64,000 nucleotides of DNA from assembly GCA_949285905.1 (NCBI GenBank), contig CASDZV010000063.1, forward strand, positions 5,050 through 69,049, in the 5' to 3' direction. The position numbers and the translations under genes were made by a program. Shown one piece after another: positions 18,208-26,644 of this stretch; the stretch's first letter is position 1; the number at the start of each line of letters is the position of its first letter. This DNA is from an uncultured Spirochaetales bacterium. GTDB taxonomy: Bacteria > Spirochaetota > Spirochaetia > Sphaerochaetales > Sphaerochaetaceae. The notes under the pieces are model-generated. The model had not been told where the DNA came from. It searched no databases and saw only the letters and a program-made list of their open reading frames with translations.

Positions 18208-19558
18208 TATGAGAGAAGTTATGAGCCTCAATCTTGGATCAGGGGCAGGGCAGTTTAAGGTGATGCCGCTCAAGCTTGGTGGTGGAGAGCGGGGTTTCGT
18301 TGCATTTTATGCGTCATGCTATGACGTTGATGTGAATTACAGCATGTTTGTGCTACCGACTGATGTGCTTCATGGAATTGCCTTCACCGGTAAGGGGGAA
18401 GTGCTTTGGAAGCGCACTTTCGGGATAATGCCAAGCGCCGCGCTTTATTGTTTCACTGCCATCGATATGGATGGTGATGGCATTGACGAGATCTACATTG
18501 TCGATAACACAGATCCTGAGCACCCGTTCTGGGTTGAGGCTTTTGTCCTTGAGGAGCTTGATGCCTTGTCAGGCGAGGTGAAGGGACAGTGGAAATGGCC
18601 GAATTATGGTGGTCTTGAGCGTTCTCCATGGTATTTCCGCAATCATGTCTTTGCCGGTTATGACAACTCTTCTCCAGTTCTTGTATGTGCGCAGGGAACG
18701 TATCAGGACATGTATTTCCAGGCATACGGGCCTGGTATGGCTGAGAAATGGACACTTTCAATCGGAAAGGATGATAAAGGTGCCCGTGGAAGCCATTCCT
18801 TCCCCATCGTTGATATCAACAATGATGGTATAGATGAAGTCATGTGGGGTGAGCGCTGCCTCTCACTCAATGACGGGCATGAGCTTTTCTGCATTGAGAA
18901 GGACAGCTGGAATGGTCACTCTGATATGTGCCAGCCTGTATATAACTGGGACTCAGGGAAGTGGTATGTGTATATCAACAGGGAGTCAGATGAGGATATT
19001 GCTCCACGCATCGGGCTTTATGATGATAAAGGGCGTCCTGTATGGACTGCTGTTGACTGGGGCCACATACACAAAGGCTGGATCGGACGTATAGGGGAGG
19101 ATGGGGAGCTTCTTGCGAACGGAATGAGAATCACAGGACAGACTAAGGACGCAACTGGACGGTATTATACAGGTATTACAGAGTTTGTCTTTGACGCCAT
19201 GACAGGAAAACCGATGAAGATTCCGTTCAGCCTCTTTGACACAGCTCCCGTTGATGTCGATGGTGATGGCAGGCACGAGATACTCAGAGGGGTTGCTTCA
19301 GGAGATACAGAACTCATTGACAGAGAAGGAAAGCGTATCTGCCATTTCGGAGGAAAGGTTGCTATGAACACGAAAATACTGGACGCTCCGGGAGAGCAGG
19401 TCATGATTTACTATCCTGACGGCACTGTGAAAATCTTCGGTGACGCGAATGCCGAGGACTCTGAGGCAGCACTCAGAAGGTACAGCAGCAGCTATTACCA
19501 GAGGAACCAGTATGCCAGGAATATCGAGAACAATATCTGCATGCATGGAGGAATCTGA
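18197..19558 (+). CDS. cytoplasmic FG-GAP / beta-propeller-like repeat protein (possibly PL11 rhamnogalacturonan-lyase-like)
   Basis: 453 aa with no signal peptide. Repeated Ca-binding-type DxDxDG motifs: IDMDGDGIDEIYIV, DINNDGIDEVMWG, VDVDGDGRHEILRG. It overlaps the kinase stop by 11 nt and the regulator start by 1 nt. Confidence 0.5.
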   Translation: MSIDMREVMSLNLGSGAGQFKVMPLKLGGGERGFVAFYASCYDVDVNYSMFVLPTDVLHGIAFTGKGEVLWKRTFGIMPSAALYCFTAIDMDGDGIDEIYIVDNTDPEHPFWVEAFVLEELDALSGEVKGQWKWPNYGGLERSPWYFRNHVFAGYDNSSPVLVCAQGTYQDMYFQAYGPGMAEKWTLSIGKDDKGARGSHSFPIVDINNDGIDEVMWGERCLSLNDGHELFCIEKDSWNGHSDMCQPVYNWDSGKWYVYINRESDEDIAPRIGLYDDKGRPVWTAVDWGHIHKGWIGRIGEDGELLANGMRITGQTKDATGRYYTGITEFVFDAMTGKPMKIPFSLFDTAPVDVDGDGRHEILRGVASGDTELIDREGKRICHFGGKVAMNTKILDAPGEQVMIYYPDGTVKIFGDANAEDSEAALRRYSSSYYQRNQYARNIENNICMHGGI

Positions 19559-21081
19559 TGCGGCTTCTGATAGTAGAAGATGATGCCATGATTCTCCGTG
19601 GCCTTGTGAAAGGCATTGACTGGAAACGCTATGGTTTTGCCGAGGTAAGCTCTGCGCCTGATGGGGAAATAGGGCTTGAACTCCTGCGGAATAATCCTTT
19701 CGACGTTGTCATTACAGACATCAACATGCCATTCATGGACGGTCTTGAGCTTGCAGAGATCATAAGCAAGGAATTCCCTTCAGTAGTGACTATCATCCTT
19801 ACTGGGTATCAGCGGTTTGAGTATGCGAAGAAAGCTCTGCACCTTGGTGTGTTCGAATACTTGATGAAACCCGTTTCCGAGAAACAGCTTGATGAATGCA
19901 TGGCCCGTGTTCAGAGCAGAATCATGAAGCGGAGGGAAGAGCGGGTTCAGATAGAGCTTGGCAGGGAAAAGCAGCGTAATGATTTTTTCGACAAGCTCTT
20001 CTTCTCTGGAATGGACAGCGATGAGTATGAGGTATCTGTAAACAATTTGGGCCTCCCTGATTTAAGAAGCCGTCCGTGCTACTCTGCCATAGCCTGCTTT
20101 ACCGATTACGGCAATACTTCTCTCAGTGTCTCTGACTTTGAAGCCGCTGCAGAGAGATGCGCGGAAAAAGCAGAGTATCTTTTCGGGCCAGAGTGCTATG
20201 TCTGGCGACGCAATGGTGATGAGCTGAATATTCTGACAGCATGCGACTCGTTTCCAGAGGCGCTGGAGATGTTTGTCAGATACACGGAGTCTGAATGCTC
20301 ACTTTCTGTCTCAGTCTCTGCTGTATCTTCTCCATTTGAGAATGTGCTTGAATCTTATAAGAACGGGCAGGGGCTTTTAGATTGCACAAGACGGAGGAGC
20401 GGGAAAATCATATGGTATCCGGAGCGTTGCAGAAGGAATACAGACGATGATGATATCAGCGCGCTCTCAGATGCGATGCTTCGATTCATCTATGAAGGGA
20501 AAGGCAGAGATGCTGAATCCGTGATTCAGTATATCTCAGACAGCTTTCCTGATGACGCTGTACTATACACAGTGCTATACCAGCTGAGCGAAGCGTATCA
20601 TTCTCTTGGTCAGAAGCATTTGACTTCCAGTTCTGTAGATTTTGCTTCTCTTTTCCAGCAGTTTGCTGTGAAAGATAAACGCAGCAAGATGCAAATACTC
20701 TCCGAGATCGCATGGCAGCTTTCTGATTCATTCCCATCTTCCGACAAAAGTGCAGACAGCATGAACAGCAGGATGCTTGAGTATATCGACAAGCATTATG
20801 CTGATTCCCAGCTTTCGCTTACCCAGCTTGGAGACTATATGGATATGTCTCCGGTATATCTCTGTTCTCTTTTCAAGAAGAGGAATGGTATTTCCTTCAC
20901 TGAGTATGTTACTGACATGAGGATGACAGAAGCCTGCAGACTGCTTCGTGAAACGGAAATGAAAGTCTTTGAGATCTCTCAAGCTGTAGGACTTCCGAAT
21001 AATCAGTACTTCACGACGCGCTTCAAGAAGCTCTTTGGAATGACGCCACTTGAATATAGAGATAATAATCAGCGACCTTAA
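19558..21081 (+). CDS. YesN-type response regulator (REC domain plus AraC-type HTH)
   Basis: N-terminal REC (LLIVEDDAMI...VVITDINMPFMDG...LMKP) and C-terminal AraC HTH (SLTQLGDYMDMSPVYLCSLFKK...TTRFKKLFGMTPLEYR). Confidence 0.9.
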   Translation: MRLLIVEDDAMILRGLVKGIDWKRYGFAEVSSAPDGEIGLELLRNNPFDVVITDINMPFMDGLELAEIISKEFPSVVTIILTGYQRFEYAKKALHLGVFEYLMKPVSEKQLDECMARVQSRIMKRREERVQIELGREKQRNDFFDKLFFSGMDSDEYEVSVNNLGLPDLRSRPCYSAIACFTDYGNTSLSVSDFEAAAERCAEKAEYLFGPECYVWRRNGDELNILTACDSFPEALEMFVRYTESECSLSVSVSAVSSPFENVLESYKNGQGLLDCTRRRSGKIIWYPERCRRNTDDDDISALSDAMLRFIYEGKGRDAESVIQYISDSFPDDAVLYTVLYQLSEAYHSLGQKHLTSSSVDFASLFQQFAVKDKRSKMQILSEIAWQLSDSFPSSDKSADSMNSRMLEYIDKHYADSQLSLTQLGDYMDMSPVYLCSLFKKRNGISFTEYVTDMRMTEACRLLRETEMKVFEISQAVGLPNNQYFTTRFKKLFGMTPLEYRDNNQRP

Positions 21082-21090
21082 GAATGCAAT
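20948..21090 (+). repeat. direct repeat copy 1 (functional 3' end of the response-regulator gene)
   Basis: agtctttgagatctctcaagctgtaggac...cgcgcttcaagaagctctttggaatgacgccacttga...aatgcaat is repeated at 21993-22124. Confidence 0.85.
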
Positions 21091-21166
21091 TCCGGATATT
21101 CGGCATGTTACATTTCTCCATAATGAGCAGGCTGACGTTCATGAGGAAAAGAGGGTGAAGTAATTG

Positions 21167-21601
21167 TCATATTCCAATTTTGGTTTCATTAGCTGTATCA
21201 CTATTCTTCATCTTGTTCAGGAATTCTGCCGGAGTACAGATTGTTATGTCATCCACTTTTCCAAGTGATATGAGATCATCATCTCCTGATACGATATACA
21301 TGCACTCTGCATCGAGTGCGCAGGAGATGAATTTGTCATCATCAGGGTCTCTGCATATGCTGATTTTGGATGAAGGGATAATTACTTTAAATAGTTTGAA
21401 GACTTCATCAATAAGATGCTTCTTCAGTCTGGATGGATACTTCTTGGTCATTCTCTCGATGACATCATTGTACTCATCCCATATTTCAGGTGAAATATAC
21501 GCTTCATTCTGTTTTGCAATCACAGTCTGGAGAACCTTGAGAGGAAGTCCTCCGAAGAAGACAGCAGAGATGAAGACGTTCGTATCTATTACAATCTTCA
21601 T
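21167..21601 (-). CDS. PIN-domain toxin (TIGR00305-like)
   Basis: The N-terminus is MKIVIDTNVFISAVFFGG, with later acidic residues (DPDDDKFISCAL, VSGDDDL). ATGA overlap with the upstream antitoxin gene. Confidence 0.8.
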   Translation of the reverse strand: MKIVIDTNVFISAVFFGGLPLKVLQTVIAKQNEAYISPEIWDEYNDVIERMTKKYPSRLKKHLIDEVFKLFKVIIPSSKISICRDPDDDKFISCALDAECMYIVSGDDDLISLGKVDDITICTPAEFLNKMKNSDTANETKIGI

Positions 21602-21870
21602 GCAAGTTCTTTCCTTGCTTTTCTGGATTCGGTTATAGCTGCATTAATATCCTCTTCTGTAAGTCCTTCTTTCTCCGCATATTCCCTGGCTTTTGCAAGT
21701 GCGGCTGAAAGCTTATCCTCTGATGGAAGTTCAACAGGCTTAAGGATGATGTTCTCACCGTCGGAGTAAATGACAAGCTGGCTTCCTTCCTTTATTGATA
21801 AAGCTTTACGATAGCTTATCGGAATGGCAATCTGACCTTTAGAGGAAACTGAAATGAGCTGCATGGTCAT
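21598..21870 (-). CDS. AbrB/SpoVT-type antitoxin
   Basis: AAGGAG RBS 8 nt before the ATG at 21870. MTMQLISVSSKGQIAIPISYRKALSIKEGSQLVIY is a swapped-hairpin AbrB-like N-terminus. Confidence 0.75.
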   Translation of the reverse strand: MTMQLISVSSKGQIAIPISYRKALSIKEGSQLVIYSDGENIILKPVELPSEDKLSAALAKAREYAEKEGLTEEDINAAITESRKARKELA

Positions 21871-21992
21871 AGTAAAACTCCTTGTGTAAGAATTTCTTAC
21901 ATTTATAATATACCATGACACACAGTGTCTCAAGAAGAAAGATGCATATTGATTATCTGCTAGTCTCAAATATAAGAACACATACTCTACAA

Positions 21993-22124
21993 GTGAAACA
22001 AAGACAGAAGTCTTTGAGATCTCTCAATCTGTAGGACGAATAATCAGTGCTTCACGACGCGCTTCAAGAAGCTCTTTGGAATGACGCCACTTGAGTGCAG
22101 AGATAATAGTCCGAAAATGCAATG
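21993..22124 (+). repeat. direct repeat copy 2 (decayed, non-coding copy of the regulator 3' end)
   Basis: It aligns by eye to 20948-21090, with a 4 bp deletion (ttcc) and scattered substitutions that break the frame. Confidence 0.85.
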
Positions 22125-22170
22125 ATGACAATATATTGAATAATATGTTTCCATCAGCGATAATCCAAAC

Positions 22171-22839
22171 ATGAATGAAAACATTAAGCCAATATTAGAC
22201 ACTGTCACTGAAGCCATTGCCGATGAAGTTCCTATCCTTAATAAGATTCTGAAGTGGAAGGAAATATACAGAAGCATCACCGATCAGCTATTTCTTGATA
22301 AGCTTGAACGAATACTTCTAGGTGCAAAAGAACCTATGACTGAAGATAAATGGAAAATCTTCTGGAATAAGTTCCGGGAGAAGATGAAAGACAAGGATGA
22401 TGCTTATCAGTTCATGCTAAACATTGAGAGAATCAATGAAATCGGGAAGTGCCATTACTTCTCAAACCTCATCAGATGCTCAGTTATCAACAGCATGGAC
22501 AACAATCTCTTCCAGATACTTTGGAATATCATCGCATCATGTAACATTCCATGCCTCCAATATCTTGAGAGACAAAAAGTGGAAAATCCAGCACTAAAAG
22601 ACTACTTCTCAACGAGCCTTTATTACTACGGACTCTTTGAGCCGGAGGATACAGGTAAAGAGGAATGCGAGTATAAGATGACTTCCCTTGGTAAGCTACT
22701 GAAAGATGCAAGTCTTAATTACAATGGTCTGGAAGAGGAAATGATGCTTCCATCTCCGAACCAGCTTCCTCCTGTGGATGTTCCTGAGCCGGTAACTAAT
22801 ATGGTACTGCAATGCAGATTGTCTGAATTAGACCAGTAG
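22171..22839 (+). CDS. hypothetical protein
   Basis: 222 aa ORF, helical and Lys/Glu-rich, with no motif I recognise. It opens the AT-rich accessory block. Confidence 0.5.
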   Translation: MNENIKPILDTVTEAIADEVPILNKILKWKEIYRSITDQLFLDKLERILLGAKEPMTEDKWKIFWNKFREKMKDKDDAYQFMLNIERINEIGKCHYFSNLIRCSVINSMDNNLFQILWNIIASCNIPCLQYLERQKVENPALKDYFSTSLYYYGLFEPEDTGKEECEYKMTSLGKLLKDASLNYNGLEEEMMLPSPNQLPPVDVPEPVTNMVLQCRLSELDQ

Positions 22840-23532
22840 ACTGAGCCTCGCATGTACCGCTTGCTCAAACTTGCTGTCAGAAACAAACCAGTGACAGAAT
22901 TTACAGAGTGCTATGAGTGCTGCCTTTTCCTGGGCTTCCGGATCTGAGTCATCACATTCGCAGAGAGTATCGAGATCTGCGATGATATAGTCTCGCATCC
23001 TGATAGTGTGCTCACCAACAATCTCAACACCGAAGAAGAATGAGTCCTCACTTGCAAAGGCTTTGTCTGAGAATCTTCTTACATCGCTGATAAGATAATC
23101 CATGAATGAATCGAGATTCTCGACCGTTGTAATATTCTTCTTGACTAAAGCAGCTTCCGCTTCTGAAACAGCAAGAAGATTTCTTCCTGTAAGTTCAGCA
23201 AGTGTTTTCTCTGTTTCACCAGGTTCTCTTCTGCCAGGAGTGTTCGGTGAGACATAAAGGTATTGAGAATCAGCATTCAGATCCTCACAGATGATGCCGT
23301 CAAAGTCAGGGAATAGCTCATCAGCTTCAAGACAGAACTTCAGTGTTGGCATCCCAGTATCTTTAGCAATCAGGTAATTCATAAGATAGCGTTCAACAGC
23401 GCATTGTCCGCATTTGAATTCTTTCAGAATCATCTGAGAGTAGAATTCAGATCCTATCTGAACAGGATTGCATTTGATTTTGTAAACTTTTGAGTTTCCG
23501 CCTTCTCCAATGAGATATTTGCTAACTGTCAT
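22828..23532 (-). CDS. hypothetical protein with kinase-like glycine loop
   Basis: The internal ATG at 23532 gives MTVSKYLIGEGGNSKVYKIK...MILKEF...IICEDLNADS...YIIADLDTL. The order resembles protein-kinase-fold G-loop / Lys / catalytic loop / DxD motifs, but the match is imperfect. Confidence 0.5.
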   Translation of the reverse strand: MTVSKYLIGEGGNSKVYKIKCNPVQIGSEFYSQMILKEFKCGQCAVERYLMNYLIAKDTGMPTLKFCLEADELFPDFDGIICEDLNADSQYLYVSPNTPGRREPGETEKTLAELTGRNLLAVSEAEAALVKKNITTVENLDSFMDYLISDVRRFSDKAFASEDSFFFGVEIVGEHTIRMRDYIIADLDTLCECDDSDPEAQEKAALIALCKFCHWFVSDSKFEQAVHARLSLLV

Positions 23533-23684
23533 TATCGTTTCCAGAAAGAAGAATAACACAGCCAATAATGCAATTAATACATTTCTCCTTAAGGAGGGTA
23601 AAATTCATTCAATCCATCATTTTGCTATTGACAACTATAAGAACAGGGGGGTAAATTATGGTCAGATAATTTTTCAAGAGAGGG

Positions 23685-26084
23685 TTGAAGATGAAAAAAA
23701 GATCAATCTTTTTGACAATCAGCCTCATTGTCGTTGCAATCTTAGCTGGTTGTAATAATGAGGTTGTTTACCCAGCATTCCCGTCGACGGTTGTTATTAA
23801 CCAGACCGGAGATTTCATGAAAGGTCAGCCATTTGATGCTTCGAAGTTCGAGGTTGTCGTGACTTACCTTGGTGGAAGCTCAAAGACATTCAAGAATGCT
23901 GCACTTACAGTCGCAATTGGCGAAGGTGGTGTACAGGGCGGCGAGGAAGTTTCTGTAAACGTTGGAAACGACTACTATGGTGAGCCTGTTGAATACACTG
24001 CAAATATTGCCAATGTTTATGATGTTTCCTACATCTCAGCTACAACAAAGAAGGCTGTTTTTGCTACAACAGATACTAATCCACAGGATTTTGTCGTAAC
24101 AGCTTACTATGGTGAGAATAAAGAAGTTCTTCCTACAAGCTACTACACAGTATCAGTTGCTGAAAAAGCAGATGCTGCAACAACTGTTGAGGGATATGCT
24201 GAAGCTACAGAAGTCCCAGGTACAGCTACAATCACACTTGCATTCGCAGATACTGTAAAGACAACTGTTGATGTAACTGTTTCTAAGGCAGCTGAAGAGG
24301 ACAAGATCATCACAGGTCTCAAAGACGTTAACTACAGCGGAAAGATTCCTGCATTCAATTATGATGAGGCTCCAGAACTTGATCTCAGCAAGCTTATTGT
24401 GACCGCATACTACAACAATACCGAAGAGACAAGGGCTCTCACAGCAACTGAGCTTGCAGAAGCTAATATCTATTTTGTTGACTTTACTACAGAGCTTCCA
24501 ATCAGCAAGTATGACTTCATCACAAACAAGAATGTTAAGATTGCTGTAGAGTATGGCGATTTCGGTCCTGTTGTGACAGCTGGTGCACCTGGTTTTGCAA
24601 CTCCAGTTATTACGGCAGAGTATGTCGGTGCAGAACTCAACGAGAAGGCTGCTCTTGATCTTACAGCTGAGGACTTCTATGTAACACTCAATATCGAAGA
24701 CAAGTATTCGATTCTCAATGATTTCGATATTGTTCTTGCTACAGCAAGTACAACAGCACCAACAGAAACAAGTTTTGTTGAATATACAGGAACAGAAGTA
24801 CCTGCAACACTTTATGCATACATCGGTCTTGATGGTGTTTATAGTGCAGCTGAGGAAGTTGGTGTCAAGGGATATGTAGAGCCTTCTATCAGTGCAATTT
24901 CTGCTGAGTTCAATGCAGAGGCAGCAGGTGTCAAGCTTCCTGCAAAGGGTCTTTACAAGACAGCTCCAGCTACAAAAGACATCGAAGCAGGTATTACAGT
25001 AACTGGTACAAAGGGAACAGAGACTGTACCTGTAACAGGTGGTGACATTACATATAAGTATCAGCTCGATGGAAAGGACCTTGCTGCAAGCAATGTTGAT
25101 CTCACAGGTGTTGATGAACTCACAGTTGTTGTTACTTATAATGATACATTCACAACAACTGTCAGCGTACCTCTTGCAGAGCCTGTAGCTGAAATAATCA
25201 AGCTTATTCCTACATACTCGCTGACAAGCTCAACAGGTCTCCCGATGTATGGTGCAACAGTTGACTGGAGAATTCAGGGTACTGCATCAGCAGAGGTATA
25301 CACATTTGATTATGAAGGTGATTTCAGGATCTACAAGAACGACATCCTGACATCAAGTCTTCCAACAGATGCAAATGACTGGGTGAAGGAGAATGCATCT
25401 TACCGCGTAGTAATTGACAAAGCAGATGGCACTACACTTGCTAGTGCAGCTGTTGATGCTCCTGATTCAGTCGTTGCTTATGCTACAGTTGATGAGGATT
25501 CAATTGAGTTCAAACTCAACAAGACAATGCTTGTTGGTACAACAATTCTCTATAATGAATCAACAAATACTGCAGGAATTGCACCAACTGATTTTGTTGC
25601 AGTTGAAGGAACTTGGACACCGAATGGTACAGCAGAAGCTCCAAAAGTAACTGAAATTATCGTGGATTACGATGAAGTTGAAGTTGCTGATGGTACAAAC
25701 AATATTAAGCTCAAAGTATCTTATGTTGGCGACGATGGAACAGAAAAGGAAATTACAATTCCATACTCATTTGAGGGTGTTGGATACATTACCTCGGAGG
25801 GATTCACCCTTACAGTTAATGAAGAAACACTTTCAAATAATGGTAATCTTAAGAGCAATTGGGAAAGATGGGATGTAAGTGATTTTGTGGTATCTTCTTA
25901 TCAGAAAGTTGGAACTGTTGAGGATCCTCAGATTACTGCAATAACAGTCAATAATACTCCTGTTGATCTTAGTTCTGATTTCGAGCTTGCACCTGGTGCA
26001 ACTGTTACTTTTGAAATCACATATGTTGGTTCTGCTGGATCCAAGACAACATCAACACTTAGTCTTACTGTTGTTGGAGCTTAA
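23685..26084 (+). CDS. large surface lipoprotein built from repeated Ig-like (Big_2-type) modules
   Basis: Lipobox VAILAGC. 799 aa, Thr/Val/Ala/Glu-rich, with recurring strand pattern (VVVTYLGGSSKTF, FVVTAYYGENKEV, LIVTAYYNNTEET, LTVVVTYNDTFTT, IKLKVSYVGDDGTEKE, VTFEITYVGSAGSKT). Confidence 0.7.
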   Translation: MKMKKRSIFLTISLIVVAILAGCNNEVVYPAFPSTVVINQTGDFMKGQPFDASKFEVVVTYLGGSSKTFKNAALTVAIGEGGVQGGEEVSVNVGNDYYGEPVEYTANIANVYDVSYISATTKKAVFATTDTNPQDFVVTAYYGENKEVLPTSYYTVSVAEKADAATTVEGYAEATEVPGTATITLAFADTVKTTVDVTVSKAAEEDKIITGLKDVNYSGKIPAFNYDEAPELDLSKLIVTAYYNNTEETRALTATELAEANIYFVDFTTELPISKYDFITNKNVKIAVEYGDFGPVVTAGAPGFATPVITAEYVGAELNEKAALDLTAEDFYVTLNIEDKYSILNDFDIVLATASTTAPTETSFVEYTGTEVPATLYAYIGLDGVYSAAEEVGVKGYVEPSISAISAEFNAEAAGVKLPAKGLYKTAPATKDIEAGITVTGTKGTETVPVTGGDITYKYQLDGKDLAASNVDLTGVDELTVVVTYNDTFTTTVSVPLAEPVAEIIKLIPTYSLTSSTGLPMYGATVDWRIQGTASAEVYTFDYEGDFRIYKNDILTSSLPTDANDWVKENASYRVVIDKADGTTLASAAVDAPDSVVAYATVDEDSIEFKLNKTMLVGTTILYNESTNTAGIAPTDFVAVEGTWTPNGTAEAPKVTEIIVDYDEVEVADGTNNIKLKVSYVGDDGTEKEITIPYSFEGVGYITSEGFTLTVNEETLSNNGNLKSNWERWDVSDFVVSSYQKVGTVEDPQITAITVNNTPVDLSSDFELAPGATVTFEITYVGSAGSKTTSTLSLTVVGA

Positions 26085-26183
26085 GGAATCTTTGTTGACG
26101 GTCGCTGGGGAACCAGCAATGACTGAAAGCCGCTCCGGGTCTTAGGACTCGGAGAGAGGCTGAATCTTTCTGGGAGGAAGACT

Positions 26184-26408
26184 ATGGAAGAAAAGACTGA
26201 GTCCCTCCGGAAACAAAGAATTCCACGAGAGAAAAGGCAGGAATGTCTTAAACTCTTCGAATCGGGATACGGTTATAAGAAGACTGCGCAGCTTGCAGGA
26301 TTGAACAGATATACTGTTCGTGAATACAAGAGGCGCTACTCCTCAGGTGATATCACCTGGGCTGAAAGGGGAGATTTTACATCTCAACAAATGGCTGATG
26401 GAAACTGA
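26184..26408 (+). CDS. small helix-turn-helix protein (transposase-OrfA-like HTH)
   Basis: 74 aa. GYGYKKTAQLAGLNRYTVREYKRRY resembles the HTH of IS3/IS630-type OrfA fragments. A strong terminator follows. Confidence 0.55.
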   Translation: MEEKTESLRKQRIPREKRQECLKLFESGYGYKKTAQLAGLNRYTVREYKRRYSSGDITWAERGDFTSQQMADGN

Positions 26409-26413
26409 AGCAG

Positions 26414-26445
26414 ATGCCTGCCGGAATTTCTGGCAGGCATTCTTT
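26414..26445 (+). terminator. rho-independent terminator
   Basis: atgcctgcc / ggcaggcat 9 bp stem followed by tctttat. Confidence 0.7.
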
Positions 26446-26644
26446 ATATGGGGATCCATATGAAGTTACTATATTGAACTTGATAATCAAATCGCAGGTT
26501 CTTCCAAGAAATCGCAATTGTAAAGATTGCGAATAATTTTGCCAATGATTCTAATGGAAAGTGGGTTCATGTGCTCTTGCAAGTAGTTTTTATCAAAATG
26601 TGATTTTAACTGCTGAATTATGTTAGATACAAAAGGAGAAAGAT

